A stretch of DNA of 64,000 nucleotides from Christensenella sp. UBA7584 (GCA_002477805.1 DLKQ01000013.1:13420-77419); one strand, 5' to 3'; shown: positions 9,689 through 19,183, counted from the first letter of the stretch. Made by a program: numbers and translations. The notes: generated from the letters alone by a model not told the origin.

Positions 9689-10444
9689 ATGTTTAAAATA
9701 TACACAAAAAGTGAAGAAGAAATCAAAAAACAAACTGCAGAAAACCAAATTTACGCAAATATGGTAAATGGAACTGCTAAACCAGTTTGCAGATACTATG
9801 TTTTAGGAAAAGAGAAAAAGCACATTGATATTTCTACATTTTCAGAAAATCAAGTTATTACAACTTGTAAAAATTCGATTGAATACCAAATAAAAGGCGA
9901 ATCAACAAAAAACAATGTTTGCTCTATTAGTGATGCTTGTCTTATTGTACAAGAATTTTGTAAGTCAAACAATTTTAGTGGTGAGGGTTTAAATGAAATT
10001 TTTGACCTTTTTGAAAGCGATGACAAAAAAGTTGCTAGTGTTTCAAAAGATATTTTTATGAAATCTGTTGAAAGTGAGTATGTTAAAGTCAGCGCCATTG
10101 CAAATTATCTACTTGACCAAAAAGACATCGCCGAAAAAGACAGACCAAAAGTTCGAAGACAACTAATAAAAGAAGTTATTGACAACCAAGCAAAAAAATC
10201 AAAACAAAAAACTGCAGAAACTCGCGTTACTATGGGAAAAAGCACAAGTTTCGATAATGAAGAAACAGGTGTTATGATGAATCCAGATAGCTCATCTTCT
10301 ACCATGGAAGAAACTGGCGTTACTTTGCAAAAGAGCACAAGTTCTACAACAAGTACAAGAAATGCAACAAAAAGGTTAGAAGACTTTTCAATGTCTGCAC
10401 CTTCGCAAAAATCAACAAGTAGCGAAAGCACAAATAATTTTTAA
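9689..10444 (+). CDS. Hypothetical protein with a Ser/Thr-rich C-terminal third
   Basis: AAGGGAG RBS 8 nt before the ATG at 9689; the ORF-track start at 9680 is a GTG. No recognisable motifs. Internal repeat EETGV(M/T) x2. Confidence 0.6.
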   Translation: MFKIYTKSEEEIKKQTAENQIYANMVNGTAKPVCRYYVLGKEKKHIDISTFSENQVITTCKNSIEYQIKGESTKNNVCSISDACLIVQEFCKSNNFSGEGLNEIFDLFESDDKKVASVSKDIFMKSVESEYVKVSAIANYLLDQKDIAEKDRPKVRRQLIKEVIDNQAKKSKQKTAETRVTMGKSTSFDNEETGVMMNPDSSSSTMEETGVTLQKSTSSTTSTRNATKRLEDFSMSAPSQKSTSSESTNNF

Positions 10445-10825
10445 TAAAAAAACCACCAAAATTATGAAGTGAATCCCGAAGTGGACACTGCAAATAGGTG
10501 GTTTTTTTATCCATAATATTTATAGGGATTTTATTTTTTAGTTGCCTGTTTCTAATTTAAACAATTTATTTTTTAAATTAAAATCACGAGGTAAAATGTG
10601 GAAAAGTGGATAACTTTTGTTAACATTTGCTAAACTGGCTTGAGTACATAAAATCGCATTAGTAAATTAATTAAGGTACTTTTCCCACAGCCAGTTACAA
10701 CATTCAAAAAGCAGTTGCGATTTTTTGCATTTGCAAATTTTTAAGCGAGAAAAAGTAGTTTTTTGCTGTTTTTTGCTGTTTTTTTGAGTTTTTTCACCTA
10801 AATTTTGCCACACAAAAACAAAAAC

Positions 10826-10857
10826 AAAAAACTTGTCTAAATTTTAAACAAGTTTTT
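10826..10857 (-). terminator. Intrinsic terminator of argS
   Basis: On the minus strand: AAAAACTTGT-ttaaaattta-GACAAGTTTTTTGTTTTTG, starting about 20 nt after the argS stop. Confidence 0.7.
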
Positions 10858-10877
10858 ATTCTTTAAAATTACACTTT

Positions 10878-12560
10878 TTACATTTCTTCTAATACATCAA
10901 TGCAAAGAATATTGAACAGTTTCAAAAGTAATTTTTGCAAGCTCACTAAAAAGAAAACTTTTGCTTTTGTCATTTCTAAATTTGTACTCAAAACTTTTTC
11001 TTGGCTGTAGAATTTGTTGATAAGTTTGCAAAGGTCTAAAGTGTATTTACTGATAATACTTGGTTCGCTTTGCTCAGCAGATTTTGTTAAGACATTTTGA
11101 AATTTATTAACCGCAATCATCACACTTGCTACAGGTTCTGAGTTAAGATATGAAAAATCAATAGAGGTTAAATCAATGTCACCAACCTTTCGAAGTATGC
11201 TACACATTCTAGCATAAGTATATTGAATATATGCCGAAGTATCACCTTCAAAACTAAATGCGTTTTCAATATCAAAAACAGTGTCTTTGATGCGTTCATT
11301 TTTAATTGCACTAAACCTCAGCGCACTGAAAGCAATTTTTTGAGCAACTACTTCTTGCGTTTTTTCATCAAACGACCTATCCACAACCATTGACCTAGCT
11401 TTGTTTAAAGCATAGTCTATTAGGTCAACAAGAACTGCCTGTTTACCTTTTCGAGAAGCAATTTTTCCAGTTGGTAGTGAGAACATACCGTACTGAACGT
11501 GAGTTAAATTTTGACTAAACTGGTACCCCAAAAGTTCAAGTACTTTAAAAAACTGCTGAAAGTGAAGTTTTTGCTGAACTGCAGTTACATAAAACATTTT
11601 TTCAAAATGATATGTATTATATCGGTCTATTGCAGCAGCAATATCACGAGTAGCATATAAACTTGTTCCGTCTGATTTCTCCACCAAACACTTTCCAAGT
11701 CCATACTCGTCAAGGTCAACCATTTTTGCCCCATTACTCTCAACAAGAAGTTTTTTGTCCTGTAACATCTTTATCACATTTTCTAGTTGGTCACTATAAG
11801 CACTTTCACCTTTCCACGAATCAAAGTGCACACCCATCATATCCAAAAGTCTTTCGTTTTCTTTTTTAGAAATCTCAATAAATTTTTGATAGATAGAATA
11901 CGCGGGTTCTTCCTTTTCACAAATCTTTTTGAAATATTCACGTGCTTTTTCTTCCAAACTTGGGTCATTTTCAGCAAGAGCGCAAAACTTTACATAAAGC
12001 TCCTGAATATAATCAACTCCGCGTGTTAGCTCTTTTTCATTTCCCCATTCAAGAAAAGCATAAACCATTTTCCCAAAAGGTGTTCCAAAATCGCCAACAT
12101 AATTGAGCCTTTTTGTATTATATCCAAGTTCTGTAAAAATTCGAGCCAAACTTTCACCAATCATTGTAGTAGATAGATGACCTATGTGCATATATTTCGC
12201 TAAATTTATTGAGCAGTACTCAACGCAAATTGTTTTTTCTTTATTTTGTGGGTCTTTTTCAAAAAGTTTTTCGGACGAAAGCTCTTCGAGAACTTCTTTG
12301 ATAAAATTTTGCCTATTTACAAACAAATTTACATACCCATTTACAACTTCTATTTTATCTATAAATTTATTTTGCTTAAAATTTTCTTTAATTTCGTTTG
12401 CTATTTGAACTGGCGACTTTTTAAAAATTTTTGCAAGTGAAAAACAGGTAATTGTATAATCACCATTAGATTTGTCTTGCGTTTCTGTGATTAAAGGCAA
12501 AAAATCAATGCTTTTTCCCTCAAAGGCTATGCTTTGTGCAATTACATTTTTTATATCCAT
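10878..12560 (-). CDS. argS: Arginine--tRNA ligase
   Basis: 560 aa. HIGH-type motif YMHIGH, typical ArgS length and a C-terminal anticodon-binding region. AAGGAG RBS. Confidence 0.95.
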   Translation of the reverse strand: MDIKNVIAQSIAFEGKSIDFLPLITETQDKSNGDYTITCFSLAKIFKKSPVQIANEIKENFKQNKFIDKIEVVNGYVNLFVNRQNFIKEVLEELSSEKLFEKDPQNKEKTICVEYCSINLAKYMHIGHLSTTMIGESLARIFTELGYNTKRLNYVGDFGTPFGKMVYAFLEWGNEKELTRGVDYIQELYVKFCALAENDPSLEEKAREYFKKICEKEEPAYSIYQKFIEISKKENERLLDMMGVHFDSWKGESAYSDQLENVIKMLQDKKLLVESNGAKMVDLDEYGLGKCLVEKSDGTSLYATRDIAAAIDRYNTYHFEKMFYVTAVQQKLHFQQFFKVLELLGYQFSQNLTHVQYGMFSLPTGKIASRKGKQAVLVDLIDYALNKARSMVVDRSFDEKTQEVVAQKIAFSALRFSAIKNERIKDTVFDIENAFSFEGDTSAYIQYTYARMCSILRKVGDIDLTSIDFSYLNSEPVASVMIAVNKFQNVLTKSAEQSEPSIISKYTLDLCKLINKFYSQEKVLSTNLEMTKAKVFFLVSLQKLLLKLFNILCIDVLEEM

Positions 12561-12752
12561 AAAAACTCCTTAAAACTCTATCTAGTATAACATAAAAATG
12601 AAGATTTTTCAATAAAATAGACTCATTTGACCAAGAATTTGTTCGCATTTTTAACTTTAAAAAGCATAATTTTACTCTTCTATTAATATAGTTCACAGTA
12701 CTGTTAATTGATTTACTATTTCAAAACCATACCCAACAAAAACTTTTCTTAT

Positions 12753-12896
12753 ACTAAAATTGTTTGTCGATTTGTTTTTAATTTAATTTTCTCATTTAGC
12801 TTTCTCATTTTACATTTATTAGGTTCAAAACAAATGTACATTAAAAGAAAAAATCAAATCTACTCATCGGAAAACCCAAACAAAGCCACCAGATAG
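12753..12896 (+). repeat. Intergenic repeat family, copy A (~140 nt)
   Basis: Starts ACTAAAATTG and ends CCAGATAG. Its first 38 nt match copy B at 34 of 38 positions. Followed 19 nt later by a terminator hairpin. Confidence 0.7.
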
Positions 12897-12914
12897 TCTT
12901 GTGGTTTTATATTA

Positions 12915-12943
12915 CAAAAAAAGACCAAAATCGGTCTTTTTAA
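12915..12943. terminator. Bidirectional intrinsic terminator (ends rplA; also closes repeat A on the plus strand)
   Basis: AAAAAAAGACC-aaaatc-GGTCTTTTT. Confidence 0.7.
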
Positions 12944-12955
12944 AAATCATTATAC

Positions 12956-13630
12956 TTAGGCTTGAACTTTTATACCTGGCCCCATTGTTGTTGCTAGGCT
13001 TACGCTCTTTAAATAAGTTCCTTTAGATGCAGAAGGTTTTGCCTTTACCAAAGCTTCCATAAGGGTTTTGTAGTTTTGCATTAATTTTTCTTCTCCAAAA
13101 CTTACTTTTCCGATTGGGCAGTGAACAATATTGTTCTTTTCAAGACGATATTCAACTTTACCAGCTTTAACATCGTTGATAGCTTTTGTTAAATCGTTTG
13201 TAACAGTTCCACTCTTTGGGTTTGGCATCAAGCCCTTTGGTCCAAGAATTTTTGCAATTCTACCAATAACACCCATCATATCTGGAGTTGTAATACAAAC
13301 ATCAAAATCTAACCAACCACCAGCGATTTTTGCAACCATTTCTTCAGCACCAACATAATCAGCGCCTGCTTTTGTTGCTTCGTCTGCTTTATCACCTTTT
13401 GCGATAACAAGAACTTTCAATTTTTTACCTGTTCCTGCAGGGAGCACAACAACGCCACGAACTTGTTGGTCTGCTTGACGACAGTCAACACCAAGGCGAA
13501 CGTGAAGTTCTACTGTCTCATCAAATTTTGCATAAGAAGTTTTACAAATAAGGCTCATTGCTTCTTCTGGCAAGTAGAGTTTGTTTGTGTCAACAAGCTT
13601 CAATTTTTCTTGATATTTCTTTCCACTCAT
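12956..13630 (-). CDS. rplA: 50S ribosomal protein L1
   Basis: [10 protein letters not shown]... shows full-length L1 similarity. The start was moved to the ATG that follows the AAGGAGG RBS, just after the rplK stop. Confidence 0.95.
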   Translation of the reverse strand: MSGKKYQEKLKLVDTNKLYLPEEAMSLICKTSYAKFDETVELHVRLGVDCRQADQQVRGVVVLPAGTGKKLKVLVIAKGDKADEATKAGADYVGAEEMVAKIAGGWLDFDVCITTPDMMGVIGRIAKILGPKGLMPNPKSGTVTNDLTKAINDVKAGKVEYRLEKNNIVHCPIGKVSFGEEKLMQNYKTLMEALVKAKPSASKGTYLKSVSLATTMGPGIKVQA

Positions 13631-13632
13631 AA

Positions 13633-14076
13633 CTAACACCCCTCCTTGTCATCTTTTACCGTGATACCCATACTTCTTGCAGTTCCTGCAATCATACTTT
13701 CAGCACTTTCAAGGCTTGCTGCGTTAAGGTCTTTCATCTTGAGCTCAGCAATTTCTTTGATTTGCTCTTTTGTGATTTGTGCAACTTTGTCTTTGTTACA
13801 TTTTCCACTTGCTTTGTCAATTCCACAAGCTTTTTTGATTAAAACTGAAGCTGGTGGTGTTTTGATTTGCAAACTAAAACTGCGGTCTGCATAAATACTA
13901 ATTACAACAGGAACAATTGTTCCAACCTGTGATGCTGTAAGAGCGTTGAACTCTTGAACAAACTTTGGAATGTTAATTCCTGCAGCACCACACACACTTC
14001 CAACTGGTGGAGCTGGTGTAGCTTTTCCAGCAGGAAGTTGAAGTTTAATGATTTTTACTGCTTTTTTTTCAGCCAT
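13633..14076 (-). CDS. rplK: 50S ribosomal protein L11
   Basis: [26 protein letters not shown] is the canonical L11 N-terminus. The ORF-track N-terminal extension was trimmed. GGAAGGAG RBS. Confidence 0.95.
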   Translation of the reverse strand: MAEKKAVKIIKLQLPAGKATPAPPVGSVCGAAGINIPKFVQEFNALTASQVGTIVPVVISIYADRSFSLQIKTPPASVLIKKACGIDKASGKCNKDKVAQITKEQIKEIAELKMKDLNAASLESAESMIAGTARSMGITVKDDKEGC

Positions 14077-14378
14077 TTTTCTTCTCCTTCCGACCTTTTG
14101 TCGGTGGTGGTAATAACGAACGATAATTAAATAGATTTTTATCAGTTCTCCCACATATATATTTTAACTTGATTAGTCATTTGACTAGCCAAAGGTTAAA
14201 ACCAATTTTATCTTTCCATAATTTTAGTTTCTTTGTTTTTAAACTTTTTGTCTTGCTTTCTTTTAATGTCATTTTAGATTTTAAAAGCATTTGAATATGG
14301 TCATATTAATTTCATTTCTAACAAGTTTTTCTCTATGTAGAATAGGTTTTGTAATCTTACTCCCCCATTTCACTATGA

Positions 14379-14915
14379 TTAAAGTTTTTTTACATCAGAG
14401 TATGAAACTTCAATTGGAGTTTCACGCCCGAACATATTTACATTCACTCTTGCACGCTGATTTTCTTCATCAACTTTTAGCACGGTACATACTGTTCCAA
14501 CTAGTGAACCTGACAAAATTTCAACATCATCTCCAACTTCTAACTTGAAATCCACAGGGACACACTCAAGTTTCATTTTTCGAATTTCCTCATCAGTAAG
14601 AGGAAGTGGCCTACCTTTTGGCCCAACAAAACCTGTAATTCCTCGAGTGTGAGTGATAGTGTGCCAAATGTCATCACCATAAATCATTTTTATAAAGATA
14701 TAACAAGGCATAGACTTTCGAGTAATTAACTTTCTTTTTCCGTTTACTTCTTCAATAACATCTTCAGTTGGTATCACAATGTCAAAAATGCGATCTTGCA
14801 AATTTCCATTTTCAATAACCTGCTCTAAGTTTTCTTTTGCAACAGCCTCATAACTATGAAAAGTGTGCAAAACGTACCATTTGGGTTCGGTGCTTATAAA
14901 TTTACTTTCTGCCAT
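14379..14915 (-). CDS. nusG: Transcription termination/antitermination factor NusG
   Basis: KWYVLHTFHSYE (NGN domain) and a C-terminal KOW domain (GDDVEILSGSLVGTVCTV). Conserved position after secE. Confidence 0.95.
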   Translation of the reverse strand: MAESKFISTEPKWYVLHTFHSYEAVAKENLEQVIENGNLQDRIFDIVIPTEDVIEEVNGKRKLITRKSMPCYIFIKMIYGDDIWHTITHTRGITGFVGPKGRPLPLTDEEIRKMKLECVPVDFKLEVGDDVEILSGSLVGTVCTVLKVDEENQRARVNVNMFGRETPIEVSYSDVKKL

Positions 14916-14924
14916 AGCTTTCTC

Positions 14925-15356
14925 CTATACAATAAGTCCGCGAAGGAAGTAGATAAGATAGTCGAACGCCCAAAGCACAACACCAAAACACAAAACCACA
15001 GCGATTACTACGCCAGTTTTTTTCATAACCTCTTTAAAAGAAGGCCAGGTTACCTTCTTGAGTTCGCTTCCAGTTTCTTTAACCCTTTCCTTTAGGCTAA
15101 CTTTCCCCGCTTTCTCCCTAGCTTCGGCACGCTTTTTCTTGTCTTTTTCTTTTTGAATTTGCCTATTTTTCTTTTCTTCCGCTTTCAAAAGCTTTTTTTG
15201 CTCTTTTTCGCTTAACTCAGGTTTTTTTTCAACTTGAGCTTCAACTTGCTCAGCATTTTCAGCTTGCTCAGCTACTTCTGAAACAGGCTTAAAGCTCGCT
15301 TCTGTAACTTTCGCCTTCTTTTGTTTTTGTTTACCTTTATGCCTTGGTTGTGCCAT
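14925..15356 (-). CDS. secE: Preprotein translocase subunit SecE with an ~85-aa Lys/Glu-rich N-terminal extension
   Basis: The C-terminus ELKKVTWPSFKEVMKKTGVVIAVVLCFGVVLWAFDYLI is canonical SecE. The only plausible start is the ATG at 15356, with a GGAGA RBS directly after rpmG. Confidence 0.85.
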   Translation of the reverse strand: MAQPRHKGKQKQKKAKVTEASFKPVSEVAEQAENAEQVEAQVEKKPELSEKEQKKLLKAEEKKNRQIQKEKDKKKRAEAREKAGKVSLKERVKETGSELKKVTWPSFKEVMKKTGVVIAVVLCFGVVLWAFDYLIYFLRGLIV

Positions 15357-15376
15357 TCTTATCTCCTACAAAAAAT

Positions 15377-15526
15377 TTATTTGCCTTCTTTGTGCAATGT
15401 TCTTTTGTTACATCTTGGACAGAACTTGCTAATTTCCATACGGTCTGGATTGTTTTTCTTGTTCTTTTGTGTGTCGTAATTTCTTTCTTTACACTCAGTG
15501 CAAACAAGAGTAATGTTAGTTCTCAT
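15377..15526 (-). CDS. rpmG: 50S ribosomal protein L33 (49 aa; below the ORF-track cutoff)
   Basis: Hand translation gives [49 protein letters not shown], with two CxxC pairs. AAAGAGG RBS. Canonical position upstream of secE. Confidence 0.9.
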   Translation of the reverse strand: MRTNITLVCTECKERNYDTQKNKKNNPDRMEISKFCPRCNKRTLHKEGK

Positions 15527-15578
15527 TTCTATACCTCTTTAATAAAAAATTAACACCCCTCTCGGTCAGTGCTAGATA

Positions 15579-15607
15579 AGTTTAGCATAAAAGTGCCAAT
15601 ATGTCAA
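15579..15607 (-). promoter_or_regulatory. Sigma-A type promoter of the rpmG-secE-nusG cluster
   Basis: Minus strand: TTGACA, a 17-nt spacer, then TGcTAAACT. It lies ~50 nt upstream of the rpmG ATG. Confidence 0.5.
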
Positions 15608-16033
15608 TAGTTTTTTCAAGATTTTATAATTATATTATAAATAAATAATTTAACTCAAATTTAGGCTCTTTTTGTATAAAATTATTACCATTTTCAGCTC
15701 TGAAAAATGTGTTTTGATAGTTTTTCTTTTGTCAATATGACAAATCCACATTAATTAATTTTTCACAAAAAATTCCCCTAATATAATTTTACAATCGTTT
15801 AAAACTAGAAAGGCATAAGAATTTTCATATTTTAAAAATGTAAATATTTGTGCTTGAATAAAAATTTTAAATGCAGTACTCCCACAAATTAGCTGAAAAA
15901 TTTATCAATACCCTTTTAAGCTATCATCAACCCAAATATTCTTAATTCACGACACTCAACACTATCTCACACCTAGTCGTGAAAGACATTTTTACATCTT
16001 TCAGTGTTATAGACAAATTTAAAGTTATAAACC

Positions 16034-16059
16034 ACAAAAAGAGCAAAACCTTTGCTCTT
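16034..16059 (-). terminator. Intrinsic terminator after the polA/HTH pair
   Basis: Minus strand: AGAGCAAA-ggt-TTTGCTCTTTTTG. Confidence 0.65.
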
Positions 16060-16094
16060 AAAGTTAGAATCATTCCTATTTTCCCCATTAAGTC

Positions 16095-16295
16095 TTAAAC
16101 AAGGTCAGAAATTTTACAATCAATAGTTGTAGCAATTTTCACAATTACTGAATAGCGAAGCTCTGATATGTCGCCTGTTAAAACTTTTTTCAGTGCTGAT
16201 TCTTTTATGTCACATAATTTGGCAAATTCAGCTTCGGAAAGATTTTTTTCTTTCATAAACTGTACAATTTTACCTGTTTTTGCTAATATTTCCAT
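16095..16295 (-). CDS. XRE-family helix-turn-helix protein (66 aa)
   Basis: LSEAEFAKLCDIKESALKKVLTG is a typical HTH_3 pattern. The start lies 10 nt after the polA stop, with an AGGGA RBS. Confidence 0.7.
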   Translation of the reverse strand: MEILAKTGKIVQFMKEKNLSEAEFAKLCDIKESALKKVLTGDISELRYSVIVKIATTIDCKISDLV

Positions 16296-16304
16296 TTTTT
16301 TCCC

Positions 16305-18785
16305 TTATACTATTTTTTCACATTCAAGCCAATTTTTGCCCATTTTTAGTTCTACCTCTAGCGGAACTTGTAGCTTGATTACGTTTTCCATACACTCTTT
16401 TACTAGCGAAGCCATTATCTTGTTTTCCCCGTCTGGAACATCAAAAATGAGTTCATCGTGAATTTGAAGAATTAGTTTGCTTTTTAGATTGTTTTCTTTA
16501 ATTAGTTTGCTTACTTTTTTCATAGCAAGTTTTATTATATCCGAAGCAGTGCCCTGAAGTGGCATATTCATTGCAGCTCGCTCACCAAACATCGCGATGT
16601 TGTGATTGGTTGAAAAAATTTCTGTTATGTTTCGGCGTCTGCCTAAAAGCGAGGTTACATAACCCATTTTCTTTGCATTTTCGACCGATTGATTTAAAAA
16701 GTGTTTGATTGTTGGATACATTTCGAAATATTTTTCAATATATAATTTTGCTTCTGAAACCGAAATACCCGTTCCTGCAGAAAGTCCAAAAGGCGAAATT
16801 CCATAAATTATTCCGAAATTTACTGCTTTAGCCTTACGCCTTTGCTCCTTTGTAACCTCAGTATATGGCACTCCAAAAATCTGTGAGGCTGTTGTGGTAT
16901 GAATATCTTTGTTTTGGTGGTATGCCTCAATCAAGTTTCTGTCGCCACTATAATGTGCGAGCAGTCGAAGTTCTATCTGAGAATAATCTGCCGAAAGCAA
17001 ATTACAACCTGGGCTAGCAATAAAAATTTTTCGAAGAACTTTTCCTTCCTTTGTACGCACTGGTATATTTTGCAAGTTCGGGTCATTTGAACTAAGCCTA
17101 CCAGTTACTGCTTGTGTTTGGTTAAATGTGGTATGAATTTTTCCGTCTTTAATAAACGCTTTCATTCCGTCAATATATGTTGATTGCAGTTTTGCAATAC
17201 TTCGATATTTTAAAATAATTTCCACTATTGGGTGTCTATCTCTGATTGCTTCGAGCTTGTCAACAGCGGTAGATTGTTTTTTGTTGCTTTTTAGATTAAG
17301 TCCAAGCTTTGTAAACAAAATTTCGGCAAGTTGCTTTGGAGAATTTATATTAAATTCCTCGCCAGCAAGATAGTAAATCTGTCTTGTCATTTCTTGCAAA
17401 TCTGCTGAAAACTCTTTTCCAAGCTTATCTAATTCCGCTTCATCCACACAAATTCCTTGTTTTTCCATTTGGTAAAGAACATCTACAATTGGAAGTTCAA
17501 GGTTCATATACAAGTTTTCAAGTTCAAGTTCTTTAATTTTTTCACTAAGGATATAATAACTTTTTAGCAGAGTACAAGCATTTTCATCTGGAACAATATC
17601 CAAATATTTCAGCGTCTTTTCTAAACTATCATCTTTCAGGTTTGAATTTACCAGATACGCCATCAGCGAAACACTTTGCGCGTTTTTAATCTTTCCGTCA
17701 AATGCGTGAAGTAGTGGCTTTATTTTATAGAAAATCTTTGTAATTTTTTCATCTTCAAAAATTGTGGTAAAATCTTCAATATTGCCCTGATATTCAAAAT
17801 TTATTTTTTCATTTGTAGCAACAAAAAGCTTGTTTTCAAATTCATAAAAAGCAAAAATATTTCCTTTGAGCTCATCTAAATTACTAAGAGGCTTTGTTTC
17901 AATCGCAATTGCTTTTGGTTTTGACTCAGTTGTATCAAAAAGTTCCTTGCGCCGAGTAAGACTTGAAAATTCATATTTCTCAAAAATACTAAAGACTTCT
18001 TTTGAAAATGGCAAAGTAAAAGCACATTCTTCCAAACTACAATCTATATCTACATTTGTGTCTATTGTAGCCAATATATAACTCATTTTTGCAGACTTTT
18101 CATCTTTTTTTAACTTTTCCTGAAGTTTTCCGCCTATTTTGTCAATGTTTTCATATACACCTTGGCAAGTTTGGTACTCGGCAAGCAATTTTTTTGCCAT
18201 TTTTTCCCCAATGCCTTCAACCCCTGGAATATTATCACTTGCATCACCCATAAGGGCTTTCAAGTCAATAATTTGCGAAGGTGAAAGCCCTTCAGATTCC
18301 TTGAGCTGTCTTGCGTTCATAGTTAGTATTTCAGAAATTCCGTGTTTTGTTAGCCAAACTTCAGTTTTTTCGTCAATAAGTTGAAGGCAATCTCGGTCTC
18401 CAGTGAGTATAATACTTGGATAATCAAACCTCTTTGCAAGTGTTCCGATAATGTCATCTGCTTCTATACCGCTTTTTTCTAGGATTTTAATTCCCATTTT
18501 CTGCAGAAGTTCTTTTAGCGGTGAAAGTTGGCTTTTTAGTTCTTCTGGCATTGATTTTCGCGTGCCTTTGTAATCCGGATAAATGTCGTGTCTAAAAGTT
18601 TTTTTACCATAATCAAACGCAACAACTATATGCGATGGACTATACTCCGTTATCACCTTTACCAAAACATTTATAAAACCAAAAATTGCATTAACAACTT
18701 TTCCGTCCCTTGTAACCAGTGCTGGAAGCGCATAATACGCCCTATTTATTAAGCTGTTTCCATCTATAATAATAATTTTGTTCAT
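16305..18785 (-). CDS. polA: DNA polymerase I
   Basis: 826 aa. The N-terminal 5'-3' exonuclease has LIDGNSLINRAYYA and GDASDNIPGVEGIGEK. The polymerase has motif A (DYSQIELR), motif B (RRKAKAVNFGIIYG) and motif C (QIHDE). Confidence 0.95.
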   Translation of the reverse strand: MNKIIIIDGNSLINRAYYALPALVTRDGKVVNAIFGFINVLVKVITEYSPSHIVVAFDYGKKTFRHDIYPDYKGTRKSMPEELKSQLSPLKELLQKMGIKILEKSGIEADDIIGTLAKRFDYPSIILTGDRDCLQLIDEKTEVWLTKHGISEILTMNARQLKESEGLSPSQIIDLKALMGDASDNIPGVEGIGEKMAKKLLAEYQTCQGVYENIDKIGGKLQEKLKKDEKSAKMSYILATIDTNVDIDCSLEECAFTLPFSKEVFSIFEKYEFSSLTRRKELFDTTESKPKAIAIETKPLSNLDELKGNIFAFYEFENKLFVATNEKINFEYQGNIEDFTTIFEDEKITKIFYKIKPLLHAFDGKIKNAQSVSLMAYLVNSNLKDDSLEKTLKYLDIVPDENACTLLKSYYILSEKIKELELENLYMNLELPIVDVLYQMEKQGICVDEAELDKLGKEFSADLQEMTRQIYYLAGEEFNINSPKQLAEILFTKLGLNLKSNKKQSTAVDKLEAIRDRHPIVEIILKYRSIAKLQSTYIDGMKAFIKDGKIHTTFNQTQAVTGRLSSNDPNLQNIPVRTKEGKVLRKIFIASPGCNLLSADYSQIELRLLAHYSGDRNLIEAYHQNKDIHTTTASQIFGVPYTEVTKEQRRKAKAVNFGIIYGISPFGLSAGTGISVSEAKLYIEKYFEMYPTIKHFLNQSVENAKKMGYVTSLLGRRRNITEIFSTNHNIAMFGERAAMNMPLQGTASDIIKLAMKKVSKLIKENNLKSKLILQIHDELIFDVPDGENKIMASLVKECMENVIKLQVPLEVELKMGKNWLECEKIV

Positions 18786-19151
18786 AAAAACCTCAATTAT
18801 AATTATAAACTAAAAATTTTTTTTTTACAACTAAACTAGCATAAAAATTACATTCTGTATAAAAAGAAAGATTTTTGAAAAAATGTTATTTTTTTATTTT
18901 AGATTGGTTGTTAGTAAAATTTTCTATGTTTACATATATTTCTATTTATAAATAACTAACAGCTTGTATATCTTCTTGTATACTATCTTACATATTAGTT
19001 TCAACCAAAAAAATAGTATGTTTATCATTTTAACTTTAAAATGATATGTAACTGAGCTTTAAAAAATTTCACAATCTTTATACTTCCATTCAATTAATAC
19101 AGCATTATGGGTACAGGAATTACCTTAGTTTTGATTACTACAACTATTACA

Positions 19152-19183
19152 GAAAAACACTAGCAAAACTGCTAGCGTTTTTG
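19152..19183. terminator. Hairpin terminator downstream of the acidic zinc-ribbon gene
   Basis: ACACTAGCA-aaac-TGCTAGCGT with one mismatch, flanked by an A-run and a T-run. Confidence 0.5.

Noticed and set aside
12708-12896. 62-aa ORF over repeat copy A, and the short ORFs over copies B and C
   Set aside because: The reading frames differ between the three homologous copies, C has no ATG, and none has an RBS. The conservation is at the nucleotide level.
12561-12955. Possible T-box riboswitch in the 390-nt region upstream of argS (thrS and glyQS leaders were also checked)
   Set aside because: No T-box core (GGTGGTACCGCG-like) and no specifier/antiterminator arrangement is visible on the minus strand. 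Most of the region is occupied by repeat copy A, which also occurs where no downstream gene exists.
14077-14154. N-terminal extensions in the ORF track (rplK 173 aa, rplA 227 aa, cvpA 273 aa at 22081-22230, DUF1538 505 aa, mnmE 454 aa, GT2 739 aa, acidic protein 204 aa)
   Set aside because: In each case an internal ATG with a good Shine-Dalgarno sequence matches the conserved family N-terminus. The extensions start at upstream ATG or alternative (GTG/TTG) codons, lack an RBS or overlap the preceding gene.
15344-15553. 69-aa plus-strand ORF between secE and the promoter region
   Set aside because: It is antisense to a textbook rpmG (L33, 49 aa) on the minus strand, which has an RBS and conserved synteny.
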